From Oligoflexales bacterium (GTDB taxonomy: Bacteria; Bdellovibrionota_B; Oligoflexia; Oligoflexales; JALZUQ01): a stretch of DNA of 64,000 nt. Location: the NCBI GenBank assembly GCA_023301465.1, contig JALZUQ010000012.1:11744-75743 (forward strand). The letters are read 5' to 3'. Shown here in pieces: positions 27,505-36,493 of this stretch (positions are counted from its first letter, which is position 1; each line of letters starts with the position of its first letter). Made by a program: the position numbers and the translations under genes. The notes under the pieces are model-generated. The model did no database searches, was not told the origin of the DNA, and saw only the letters and a list, made by a program, of their open reading frames with translations.

Positions 27505-28551
27505 TTAAAAATTTCCGCTTATTTCTTGAGATTCGGCAATTAAACGATGCTGAGTCGTCAGGTCAATCGTCAGTTCTGTCCAATAACGATCGGAGTCAAA
27601 CTGAGGAAATGCTCTAGGGAAAGCTGGATCTTTCCATCTTTTTGCAATCCAACCTGCAAAATGAATGAGTCTTAGGGCTCGAAAAATCTCCGCAGTTTTC
27701 AAAGATGATTCCTCAAAACTATTCATGGTTTCGTAACCATTTAAAAGTGAGTCCCATTCTCTAGGAAAATTTTTGTGGGTTCCCGGCATGATTAGCCATA
27801 GATCTTGAACGGCAGGTCCATTTAACATGTCATCAAAGTCTACCCAGAACAACCCTTCGCTTCCGTGAATTAAATTTCCAAAATGACAGTCGCCATGGAT
27901 ACGGTGGTACGTTAATTTTTGGAGTTGTGAGTTTGCATTTTGACAAATTTTTTGTGCAATCTCTATAAATGGTTTTTCTAAATGAAATGGTATGGTTTTA
28001 GATTTTTGTAGAAAATCTAGGTGGTGTAACCCATAAGTTTTTTCATTAATGGATATTCTATTTGGTGCTTTTTTGCTTTTGCCTACAGCGTGCATCCTCC
28101 CCAGTAATCGTCCTACTCTTCCATATTCTTCAAAGCTAAGTTCAGATGGGCTTCGGCCTGATTTCTTAGGAAATAATGTAAAGTAGATACCGCCTTCGGT
28201 TACTTCTTGTAGCGTACTACCGTCATTAAAGCTCAATGGTCCAACAGCAGGGATTTCATTGTCAATGAGATCTTTGGTGAATTGGTGTTCTTCAAGAATC
28301 TGCTCTTTACTCCATCTTCCGGGGCGATAGAATTTAGCAATAATGAAGTTTTCTGAACGAGTTTTTGCTTGGGGGTTTTCTATTTCAACTTCATATACTC
28401 TGTTTTCCATGCTGTTGAGAGCGAGTGCTCTGCCTGTGCATATGAAATCAGTATGTTTTTCTATTTCATCAAGAATAACATGAGGTGTTAACTGGTAGAA
28501 GAACTCTGTTTGTTTGTCACCCCAAGGGTTACTTTGGTCGTTATTTGTCAT
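27505..28551 (-). CDS. srkA: Stress-response Ser/Thr kinase, SrkA/YihE (aminoglycoside-phosphotransferase fold)
   Basis: HGDCHFGNLI catalytic loop and WVDFDD metal-binding motif. The overall pattern is YihE/RdoA-like. Confidence 0.8.
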   Translation of the reverse strand: MTNNDQSNPWGDKQTEFFYQLTPHVILDEIEKHTDFICTGRALALNSMENRVYEVEIENPQAKTRSENFIIAKFYRPGRWSKEQILEEHQFTKDLIDNEIPAVGPLSFNDGSTLQEVTEGGIYFTLFPKKSGRSPSELSFEEYGRVGRLLGRMHAVGKSKKAPNRISINEKTYGLHHLDFLQKSKTIPFHLEKPFIEIAQKICQNANSQLQKLTYHRIHGDCHFGNLIHGSEGLFWVDFDDMLNGPAVQDLWLIMPGTHKNFPREWDSLLNGYETMNSFEESSLKTAEIFRALRLIHFAGWIAKRWKDPAFPRAFPQFDSDRYWTELTIDLTTQHRLIAESQEISGNF

Positions 28552-28626
28552 GCATCAAATTAACTGGAATAACTGGGAATGTAAACGAAGTAATCGTTTT
28601 TTATGCATGAAATATTTAATTATTTT

Positions 28627-28974
28627 TTACTTAATTTTAAACTTTTCTTCACAGCTAATTTTACAATAAACCATTTCCCATGCATCTACACTTGTTTCGT
28701 CACACTTATCAAAGCAACTTGATAGTTTTTCTTCAAATATAGTGCTTGTGCAGTTTTTTTCACAGTCAGATCCACAGTAGGCCATTTCCCAAGCATCGAC
28801 ACTTGTATTATCGCAATCAATATAACAAGCTTTTAACAACAAGTCTTTAGTCGTAGAAAACCTTTTTTCGTCTTTATCAATCGTAGAGATAGCAGGGCAA
28901 GTTTTTGCGAAGGTGCTTGTTGTAACGGAGAAAAATGAAGCGATCATAAAAAATGTGAAGATAATTTGGTTCAT
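28627..28974 (-). CDS. Small secreted cysteine-rich protein with internal tandem duplication
   Basis: Signal peptide MNQIIFTFFMIASFFSVTTSTFA. Repeats CYIDCDNTSVDAWEMAYCGSDCEKNC and CFDKCDETSVDAWEMVYCKISCEEK. Confidence 0.6.
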   Translation of the reverse strand: MNQIIFTFFMIASFFSVTTSTFAKTCPAISTIDKDEKRFSTTKDLLLKACYIDCDNTSVDAWEMAYCGSDCEKNCTSTIFEEKLSSCFDKCDETSVDAWEMVYCKISCEEKFKIK

Positions 28975-29196
28975 CGGATTTTCCTTGTGATAGTTAGGTC
29001 AAGTTCCTCCTATCTGTGAAATAAGTGTGCTGTCAACTTATAACAAGCTTACTAAAAACTAGTAAAACATTGAAAGATATAACTGACTAATATTTCTTGG
29101 TTTTTATAAATTTAGAGTTTGGCTAAGAATTCAAGTTATTCCAAATATTGATAGGGAGGTATTTCTATAAATGATCGTTGCCTGTAAGCATTTTAA

Positions 29197-29715
29197 TCAA
29201 AGTGTCTCAGATTTTAATGCGGCTGCATCATTTCCAAATATATCAATGACTTCATTAGGCGGAGTCATTGGTTTTGGAAAAAGAACACTAGTATCAATAG
29301 ACCCTTTATGGTTTTTTACCGAAAGCTTTACCCATGAAATTGCACATAACTCCTTACCTGTGTAAAACTTATGTTTTATATAGACCCAATTTTTTTCTGC
29401 TCCTTCCATCTTAACGGTAATGCGAACTCGCGACATCAGTGGGATAGAGCGTCGATATATTGTTTTCTGAGAAGCAACAACAGCATATGAACGAAGTTTC
29501 CATAATTTGCTTACAAGGCCAGCCCTTACTGCAAATTCCCAACGAGCTGAATCTGTCATTTGAGTAAATTCTGAAGCTTGCAAAGTTCTGAAAAACTCTG
29601 TCAACCAAGGCCACACAATGTAGTGAGTTTCTATTTCTTCGTTGAGTGTGACTCCACCCTTAAATGAAGCTAATAGAATTCTATAAAGCTGTTGTAAGTT
29701 GAATAATAATTTCAT
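29197..29715 (-). CDS. Hotdog-fold thioesterase-like protein (tentative)
   Basis: The pattern VWPWL...MTDSARWEFAVRAGL...YAVVASQKTIYRRSIPLMSRVRITVKMEGAEKNWVYIKHKF resembles the thioesterase-like superfamily. Recalled from memory only. Confidence 0.45.
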   Translation of the reverse strand: MKLLFNLQQLYRILLASFKGGVTLNEEIETHYIVWPWLTEFFRTLQASEFTQMTDSARWEFAVRAGLVSKLWKLRSYAVVASQKTIYRRSIPLMSRVRITVKMEGAEKNWVYIKHKFYTGKELCAISWVKLSVKNHKGSIDTSVLFPKPMTPPNEVIDIFGNDAAALKSETL

Positions 29716-29859
29716 ATTTCTCTTCTTAAATGTAAGATCTGTGTCCTAACAAAATATTGATAGATTATTCAACAGATATTTTAATAACGCTAAGTCCTCA
29801 TGAGCCTCTTAATCTGGAAGAATTAATATCATTATTGGAGTGAGATGGGGCTAGTTTGA

Positions 29860-30825
29860 GTGAGGAGATTATTGTGGTTGTCTTTATGTTTATCTATGTT
29901 TTTACATGCTTTTGTTGTCTTTCAACTTCCAAAACACAAAGCCCTAAAACCAGTCAATCAACTAAAACAAGCATCGTTTAAGCTAAGGCTATTGAAGCCT
30001 AAGTCCATGAGTCCAAAAAACGTTCATACTCAGCCTCAATTCACAAAGCCAAGAAAAAAAAGTAAAAAGCACTCGTCTCGAAACCCATACTCATCCATTT
30101 TTTCAAACAATAAAAATAAAACAAGAAATGCGTATGAAGATTTACTTTCTAAAGGTGATTTAATGTTAAATGTAAGAAAAAAGAAGAATCATCAAAGCGA
30201 CTTTGTTGGTACAGCCTATGCTGAATTCTACCCTGATACTTTAAAAGAAGATTTAGTGAGTGCAGCCCCATTTGCAGTACTTGCAAAGTCTGTACATCAA
30301 AATATTTTTTACGAACAAAGTTACCCAGAGTCATTTCCTGTAGGGGTAGCTCGTATTGAATTAAAAAAAGATAAGACGGGCTGGTATGTTTATAAATGGG
30401 AAGGAGACGGCCTTGCAAAAAGTGTATTGTATCAAGCAGTAAAAACTACCTTTACAGAGGCACATATTCAAAAAATATCAAAAAGAATCAAACACAAAAA
30501 ATTAATATTTGAATTTGTTATGAAAGCTTCAAAAAAAATGAAAAATTATGAAAAATCCTCAGTATTAGAATACCATGCCGGAAAAGTAAAAATATCAAAC
30601 GAGCATTGTTTCAAATATGATTCTTTGAAGAGGGCAGCGATGCTCAGTCAGATCGCTGTTTCAGATGAAACAGATGAGTTGTATATTGATTTAGCTGGAA
30701 TGAGAGTTTATAAGAAATTTCAAAACTCTAAAAAAAAGAATAGAGTTCCCTTATGGTTGAAAAAAATGATGAGTAGCAAAGCTTATTATCATAAACTAAA
30801 TAGAAATTTAAAACTGAGGTTGTAG
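29860..30825 (+). CDS. Hypothetical lysine-rich protein with N-terminal anchor or signal
   Basis: GTG start. N-terminal hydrophobic LWLSLCLSMFLHAFVVF, followed by a very basic linker. No family recognised. Confidence 0.5.
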   Translation: MRRLLWLSLCLSMFLHAFVVFQLPKHKALKPVNQLKQASFKLRLLKPKSMSPKNVHTQPQFTKPRKKSKKHSSRNPYSSIFSNNKNKTRNAYEDLLSKGDLMLNVRKKKNHQSDFVGTAYAEFYPDTLKEDLVSAAPFAVLAKSVHQNIFYEQSYPESFPVGVARIELKKDKTGWYVYKWEGDGLAKSVLYQAVKTTFTEAHIQKISKRIKHKKLIFEFVMKASKKMKNYEKSSVLEYHAGKVKISNEHCFKYDSLKRAAMLSQIAVSDETDELYIDLAGMRVYKKFQNSKKKNRVPLWLKKMMSSKAYYHKLNRNLKLRL

Positions 30826-30828
30826 GTT

Positions 30829-31560
30829 TTATGATTGAGCCTTCATTAAATAGTAAGCTATGCCTAAGCCTAAAACTACGACGACAGTAAAGATTCGAGT
30901 ATATAACTTATACTTTTTTTGTTTTTGGACTTTTGAGTATCCATCCATAAGCATCGTAATATCTTGAGTCTCGTTTCTTGTGTAAATTGGTTTTTCATGA
31001 AGTGGAAGATTAATCAGAGTTTGAGTGATCACATTCTCACTTTGGTTTAGATTATTTGCTAAGTGTTGGATTGCTTGCTGGTAAAGCTTTTCAGTCATTC
31101 CTGTTTGCTCTTCTAAGACAAAATCAATTTTATGGAAGTCTAACTCAAACCATAGTCTAAGTAGAATCAATTCTTTTGCATGAGGGTATAAACGGTTTAG
31201 GTAGGACTCTGCTTTGATCATGACTTTTTTTTGTTTTGGGTTAACGCTCATGAGTGAATCCAATTTTGGGTTTTTCAGAGCGTCTGTGTTGTTCATCCAG
31301 ATGTCTGGATGTTGTGACCTAAGGTTCAGTAAGCAATCTACCAAAGTGTCATCTAAAGCTCGTTTTGGTTCTTGCCAATATTCCACTAATGATTTTTTAG
31401 TTTCTTCGAGGGTTTCAGAAATAGGATGAGATTGCCCACTCATGCGAAGTCCGTAATCATGAAGAATCTCACAAATTTTATCACAAAACTCACTTTGAGA
31501 TTTTGGCTCTTTTTTCTTCCAAATTTCTAAGAGTGAGTTTTTAGATAATTTACTATTCAT
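30829..31560 (-). CDS. Hypothetical protein with sigma-70 region-4-like HTH and C-terminal TM anchor
   Basis: LNRLYPHAKELILLRLWFELDFHKIDFVLEEQTGMTEKLYQQAIQHL resembles sigma region 4. C-terminal TM is IFTVVVVLGLGIAYYLM. Last gene of the pilD operon. Confidence 0.5.
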   Translation of the reverse strand: MNSKLSKNSLLEIWKKKEPKSQSEFCDKICEILHDYGLRMSGQSHPISETLEETKKSLVEYWQEPKRALDDTLVDCLLNLRSQHPDIWMNNTDALKNPKLDSLMSVNPKQKKVMIKAESYLNRLYPHAKELILLRLWFELDFHKIDFVLEEQTGMTEKLYQQAIQHLANNLNQSENVITQTLINLPLHEKPIYTRNETQDITMLMDGYSKVQKQKKYKLYTRIFTVVVVLGLGIAYYLMKAQS

Positions 31561-32049
31561 TTAGATATTCTTTTTTTTGAATTGTTGGCGAAGCTCTACT
31601 CTGTTTTGCCTGCGAAGTTTAGCTCCTTCGTACCATTTGATTTCTTCTTCAGTTTCTGGTTTGACTTTAGGAACTTCCGTTGGTCTTCCGTTGTGATCTA
31701 GTGCAACCATGGTTAAATAAGCACTTGCCGTATGGTAGCGTTTACCAGTGTCGGGGTTTTCTGCCTCTACTCTAACGCCTACCTCACAGCTAGTGGTGGA
31801 GGTGAAATTTAGACTTGCTTTGATATTAATAAACCAAGCCAGTTTAACAGGAGCAAGAAAATCAAGTGCGTCTATTGATGCTGTCACTACTGGTAAGTGA
31901 CAATGCCTACGAGCACAAATTGCAGCTGCAATATCAATCCAACTCATGACTGTACCACCGAAAGCTGTTCCTAATGCATTAGTGTGTTGAGGCAAAACCA
32001 TTTCAGTCATATAAACTTTACTTTCACTAGGAGTTCTGGAAGTTGTCAT
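31561..32049 (-). CDS. Acyl-CoA thioesterase, YciA-like hotdog fold
   Basis: MVLPQHTNALGTAFGGTVMSWIDIAAAICARRH is a typical YciA-type N-terminal signature. Confidence 0.85.
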   Translation of the reverse strand: MTTSRTPSESKVYMTEMVLPQHTNALGTAFGGTVMSWIDIAAAICARRHCHLPVVTASIDALDFLAPVKLAWFINIKASLNFTSTTSCEVGVRVEAENPDTGKRYHTASAYLTMVALDHNGRPTEVPKVKPETEEEIKWYEGAKLRRQNRVELRQQFKKKNI

Positions 32050-32999
32050 TTATTTTCCTTTTTCTTGTTTTTACTGCGATAAGCATTTTGATCTGCGTGA
32101 TGAATAAGCTCTTTTTCGGTTTTTCCGTGTTTTGGGTATTCAGCAATGCCAATATCTGCTTTTAAAAGATAGTCTTTACCTTGATGGCTATTATAATTCA
32201 CGAGTGTGTTTTGGATTCGGTTGATAACAACTTGTGCTGAGGCTTCGTTGGCTTCATTTAATAAGATAATAAATTCATCTCCACCATACCGTGCAACGGT
32301 ATCTACGTTTCGAATGCACTTTTTAAGAATTTTTGAAAATTCTTGCAGTGCTTCATCACCAACTAGGTGACCATGTTGGTCATTGATACCTTTAAACTGA
32401 TTTAAGTCCATAAAAAGTATAGAAAATGCTTTAGAATAACGTTCAAACCTACTTATTTCATTTTGAAGAATATTCCAAAAGTATCTGTAGTTAAATAAAC
32501 CCGTTAGTTCATCGCAATATGCTAGGTTTTTATTTTTTTCTACTTTATCTAGAAGCTGTACTTTATGAGAAAGTTGTGTGGATAAAAAAGTATGTTTAGG
32601 GTCCGGGTGAACTGGGCTTGAACTATCTTTTTGTATTACCACCCATGCAAAAACATGTTTGTCACTCATTGGTATAGCTTGAATATCAGGAGTGTTTGAG
32701 TTTTTAAGGGTGACGAGCTTGTGGTTTTGGTTTGAGTGGTTCAGAAGTTTTTTAATATTCTGTTCTACAACTTCAACGCAGTCCTTTGGAAGGGGATCAA
32801 TATGTTGAAATGAACTATGTCCAAGCTCAATCAGTTGATTGTTTTGAATCACTTGAAAGTAACTACAAAACTCGATATTTGATTCTTTTTTTAGAATAGA
32901 AGCAAACTCATCCATACTTTGGTGAATACTATTGGCCGCCCATATGGCTTCTGATTGAGATTGAAGTTGTTCTAAAAAAACCTGACTTGTCGTGCTCAT
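32046..32999 (-). CDS. Diguanylate cyclase (GGDEF) with uncharacterised N-terminal sensor region
   Basis: YGGDEF active site with an RNVD (RxxD) I-site 5 residues upstream. 4-nt overlaps with both neighbours. Confidence 0.9.
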   Translation of the reverse strand: MSTTSQVFLEQLQSQSEAIWAANSIHQSMDEFASILKKESNIEFCSYFQVIQNNQLIELGHSSFQHIDPLPKDCVEVVEQNIKKLLNHSNQNHKLVTLKNSNTPDIQAIPMSDKHVFAWVVIQKDSSSPVHPDPKHTFLSTQLSHKVQLLDKVEKNKNLAYCDELTGLFNYRYFWNILQNEISRFERYSKAFSILFMDLNQFKGINDQHGHLVGDEALQEFSKILKKCIRNVDTVARYGGDEFIILLNEANEASAQVVINRIQNTLVNYNSHQGKDYLLKADIGIAEYPKHGKTEKELIHHADQNAYRSKNKKKENK

Positions 33000-33937
33000 G
33001 GCATGAAAATTCCTTGTATCAGCTCAGGTCCACAAACCCAGTAGATCAGTGCACCGATGGCCAAGAAAGGTCCAAAAGGTAGTGCTGTTTGCATGCCTTT
33101 TTTTCTAATTAATATAAAGGCAATACCAATGACTGAGCCCATTAAAGAAGCAAACATGATCGTTGGGAAAACACATTGGTAGCCAAGCCAGCCGCCGATT
33201 CCTGCAAGAAACTTTACATCTCCAAAACCCAAACCTACTTGTTTTTTGATCATATAATAAGTCATGGAGATTGCCATTAAGACGCCGCCTCCTAACAAAA
33301 TACCGAGTAAGCAGTCTTTCAGTTCAAAGCCCGGAAGAAAGTATACCCAAATAGGTGCGATAATAATCATAGGGATAGAAATCACATCAGGAATGATCAT
33401 AAGGCGAAGGTCAATAAAAGAGCAAATCATGAGAGCATAGAAGAGTATGCAGCCGTGAATAAAATAGGCAAGTAGCTCTGTATCTACTGCCCAGTAAAGG
33501 TCAACTTGATTTAAATGAAGAAATGGAAATCTAATAAACATCCATGAAAACGCTAAAGCCGTGAGAATTTCTACAATGGGGTATTGAGGGGAAAGTGGTT
33601 TTTTGCAGCAAGATGTTTTGCCAAGTAAGAGTAAATAGCCAAGAATAGGAATGTTATAGTAGGGTTTGATGGGTGTATTGCAGTGCCTACAGCAAGATTG
33701 CTGACTCTCCCAAAATGACTTGCCCGGAAACTTAAAGAATGTACCTTCAGGAATCCTGTAGATGCAAACGTTGGCAAAACTCCCCAACACCGCTCCTATC
33801 AAGAAGAAAAATACAGTAAACAAATTGAAGTATTCAGAAATATAAAACATAATACCTACTTTAGTATGTTTTGAGGGAGTTGTCATATTTGAGTGAACTA
33901 GATTATGCAAACCTTGACTGGTCTGATCTTCTGACAA
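32996..33937 (-). CDS. pilD: Type IV prepilin leader peptidase/N-methyltransferase
   Basis: LGSFANVCIYRIP and a Cys-rich methyltransferase insert (CCRHCNTPI...SCCKKPL). Catalytic-Asp regions (FIDLRLMIIPD, GFGDVKFLAGIGGWLG). True start may be ATG 33850 (MFYISEYF...). Confidence 0.9.
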   Translation of the reverse strand: MSEDQTSQGLHNLVHSNMTTPSKHTKVGIMFYISEYFNLFTVFFFLIGAVLGSFANVCIYRIPEGTFFKFPGKSFWESQQSCCRHCNTPIKPYYNIPILGYLLLLGKTSCCKKPLSPQYPIVEILTALAFSWMFIRFPFLHLNQVDLYWAVDTELLAYFIHGCILFYALMICSFIDLRLMIIPDVISIPMIIIAPIWVYFLPGFELKDCLLGILLGGGVLMAISMTYYMIKKQVGLGFGDVKFLAGIGGWLGYQCVFPTIMFASLMGSVIGIAFILIRKKGMQTALPFGPFLAIGALIYWVCGPELIQGIFMP

Positions 33938-35976
33938 AGCTTAGTAGCTTTGCCGTCAGTGTGCCAGCCAAATCACTATGTCTTGAGTTACCAACAAACT
34001 TGACTTGTGACTCTATCAAAACACGTTGGAATGAGTTAACTGGATTAAAAGATATTATAGAGTCAGGGTATGGTCCTCCTTTGATGGAGTTTGACTCTAT
34101 GTTGCCGATGTTAAAAGCAGTAAGAAAAGGTCAGATTCTTGCTGGTGCCGATTTATATCAAATCTCTCGAGTGCTTGAAAACGCAAAATCACTTTTGAGT
34201 TTTTGTCGTGATTTTCGTGAGAAGAGTCTTGTTGCTGCAAATCTGTCTTCATCACTAACAGATTTACCGGACCTTTTATTTAAAATTCAAGGTTCTATTG
34301 GTTCAGATGGTGAGGTTCTTGATAGTGCATCTCCAGAACTTCAAAAAATCAGAACTCAAATGATATCTAAAAAACAATCTATTGAAACCACGATTACAAA
34401 AACATTAACGGACCAGTCTTGGCAAATGTATCTACAAGATACTTTTTTTACCCTCCGTGAAGATAAATACGTCGTACCCATTAAGTTGGATGGTCATGGT
34501 AGGGTTCCTGGCCGGGTTATCGAGCCATCTGCTAGTGGTCAGTCTCTTTTTATGGAGCCTCAAAGCATTGTAAAGCTCAACGAAGATCTTGCAGAGCTAT
34601 ATCTTCAAGAAAAACTGATTGTGATGAAAATCCTCAAAGCTATCAATCAAATGGTTTATTCGAATATAGATGTCATTGAATATAATTATGAAAATATTAT
34701 CCATTTTGATTTTCTAGTGGCATGTAGCAGGTTTGCTTCTAAATTAGGTGGGGTTGCCTGTGAGCTTGTAGAAAATTCGTGTTTAGACCTCAAAAAAGTA
34801 TCCCACCCTTTATTAAAGTTGGAGTTAGGAAATAAAGTTGTTGCTAATAATATTACATTAGACCAACAACAACGAGCTCTTGTGATTAGCGGTCCAAATG
34901 CAGGTGGTAAAACCGTTGTTTTAAAAACCGTTGGCTTGATCCATTTAATGGCAAAAGCAGGATTACTTTTGCCGCTAGACCCCCTCAGTAAAGTAAGCAT
35001 TTTTACTCAAGTAATGGTTGAGATAGGTGACTCTCAAAGTATTGCTAGTCATCAATCATCATTTTCTTCCCATATGCTTAAAATCAAAAAATTTATGATG
35101 AACGTCAATGATCGTTCTTTATTACTGGTGGATGAAATAGCTAGCGGTACAGACCCAAAAATTGGGGCTGCTCTTGCTAAGACTTTAATAGAGTACTTTA
35201 TTGACAAAAAAGCAATTGTATTGATGACGACACACTTTGACCCTCTCAAGATGCTTGGAACTCAAGACGAAAGAGTTCGAAACGGAGCGATGCTTTTTAA
35301 TTTAGAGCTTGGCAGTCCATCATATCAACTTGCCATGGATACTCCTGGACAAAGTTTTGGCTTAGAGCTCTTAAAAAATTTAGATTTCCCTGATTTTATT
35401 ATTGAGTCAGCAAAGGGCAACTGTGATGAAGGTCATCTTCAAGTGGATCAGCTTTTAAAAGATCTAAATCAAGAAATAGGTAAGCAACGCCTTGTGACAG
35501 ATGAATTGTCTGAAAAAAGCAAAACCGTCGATCAACAATTGGCAAACTGGCAATCCACAAAAAACGAAATGAAATCATTTCGCAAAGCAGAAGCCGAAAA
35601 AATTTCACGCAGGTACCAAGAGCTTTGGGACGGTCTTAGGGATAAGTTCAATACGAAGTATAAAGAGTGGAAAGATTATATCAAAAACCTAGACCCTCAA
35701 GATGACAGGCAAACGATTGAAGCCAGTGTTAGGGCGGGAGAAGTAAAAAACTTTATGCAAAAGGCAGGAGAACAGCTTCAGGTCCAGTCCGAATCTTCCA
35801 ACTCTCATTATATTGACATTTCAGATGTGAGAGAGCTTAGAGAGTCAGAAAAAGTATGGGTAGAGTCTCTCCAGCAAAAAGGCACTGTCGAAAAAATCCA
35901 CGCTGGAAAAGCCACGGTAAGGGTGGGGATGATTCAGTTAAAAGTCGGTGCTGACGATATAAAAAGAATTCCATAG
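33889..35976 (+). CDS. mutS2: MutS2-family ATPase lacking the C-terminal Smr domain
   Basis: Walker A ISGPNAGGKT, Walker B LLLVDEIASGTDP, THF, coiled-coil region and KOW-like end. Start set to TTG 33889, 9 nt after GAGGGAG (ORF track: 33871). Confidence 0.85.
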   Translation: MSELDYANLDWSDLLTKLSSFAVSVPAKSLCLELPTNLTCDSIKTRWNELTGLKDIIESGYGPPLMEFDSMLPMLKAVRKGQILAGADLYQISRVLENAKSLLSFCRDFREKSLVAANLSSSLTDLPDLLFKIQGSIGSDGEVLDSASPELQKIRTQMISKKQSIETTITKTLTDQSWQMYLQDTFFTLREDKYVVPIKLDGHGRVPGRVIEPSASGQSLFMEPQSIVKLNEDLAELYLQEKLIVMKILKAINQMVYSNIDVIEYNYENIIHFDFLVACSRFASKLGGVACELVENSCLDLKKVSHPLLKLELGNKVVANNITLDQQQRALVISGPNAGGKTVVLKTVGLIHLMAKAGLLLPLDPLSKVSIFTQVMVEIGDSQSIASHQSSFSSHMLKIKKFMMNVNDRSLLLVDEIASGTDPKIGAALAKTLIEYFIDKKAIVLMTTHFDPLKMLGTQDERVRNGAMLFNLELGSPSYQLAMDTPGQSFGLELLKNLDFPDFIIESAKGNCDEGHLQVDQLLKDLNQEIGKQRLVTDELSEKSKTVDQQLANWQSTKNEMKSFRKAEAEKISRRYQELWDGLRDKFNTKYKEWKDYIKNLDPQDDRQTIEASVRAGEVKNFMQKAGEQLQVQSESSNSHYIDISDVRELRESEKVWVESLQQKGTVEKIHAGKATVRVGMIQLKVGADDIKRIP

Positions 35977-35986
35977 AGGTTTTTCA

Positions 35987-36493
35987 TTGAAGTTTATATT
36001 TTTATTTAGTTTGTTGATAACAGCTTGTGTTCATTCTTCTCAAGTAGTACAGCAGCAACAAGACGAAAGCTGCTATCACGATCAAACGAGTTTTCGTTGT
36101 GTTGGTTATGTGAGTAATTATGATGGAGATACATTTAAACCATTGATTGCGGGTGTCCCAGACTTTATTTCAAGGCTTAATGTTCGGGTACGAGGGGTGG
36201 ATACCCCAGAAATGAGAAACAGAAAAAAACACAAGAGAGGCCCATGTGAAAGAGCACTTTCAAAACGAGCCAAAGAATTTACACGTAGTGTCTTAAGTAA
36301 TGCTAGGCGTATAGATTTACTTAATCTTGGGTGGGCACAATACAGTAGGATCGAGGCAGATGTGTTAGTGGATGGAAGTGACCTCGCTCACCTTCTCGTT
36401 TTAAACCATATGGGCGTGCATAAACATCGAAGCCACAAAAAGAAAACGAGAGATAAAAAATGGTGTGAACTTTTGAGGTTCTCTCAAAAATAA
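35987..36493 (+). CDS. Staphylococcal-nuclease-like (SNase/thermonuclease) lipoprotein
   Basis: NYDGDTF...VRVRGVDTPE...A.EFT...YSRIEADVLVDGSDLAHLLVLNHMG follows the SNase pattern. Lipobox LLITAC. TTG start 10 nt after the mutS2 stop. Confidence 0.7.
   Translation: MKFIFLFSLLITACVHSSQVVQQQQDESCYHDQTSFRCVGYVSNYDGDTFKPLIAGVPDFISRLNVRVRGVDTPEMRNRKKHKRGPCERALSKRAKEFTRSVLSNARRIDLLNLGWAQYSRIEADVLVDGSDLAHLLVLNHMGVHKHRSHKKKTRDKKWCELLRFSQK

Noticed and set aside
28583-28602. Hairpin AAACGA-AGTAA-TCGTTT followed by a T-run
   Set aside because: The T-run is on the + strand, where no upstream gene exists. In the orientation of the adjacent minus-strand gene there is no U-tract. The stem has only 2 GC pairs.
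29171-29365. 64-aa + strand ORF preceded by GGGAGG
   Set aside because: It is almost entirely antisense to the better-supported 172-aa thioesterase-like ORF. The SD-to-ATG spacing is 11 nt and the sequence has no recognisable features.
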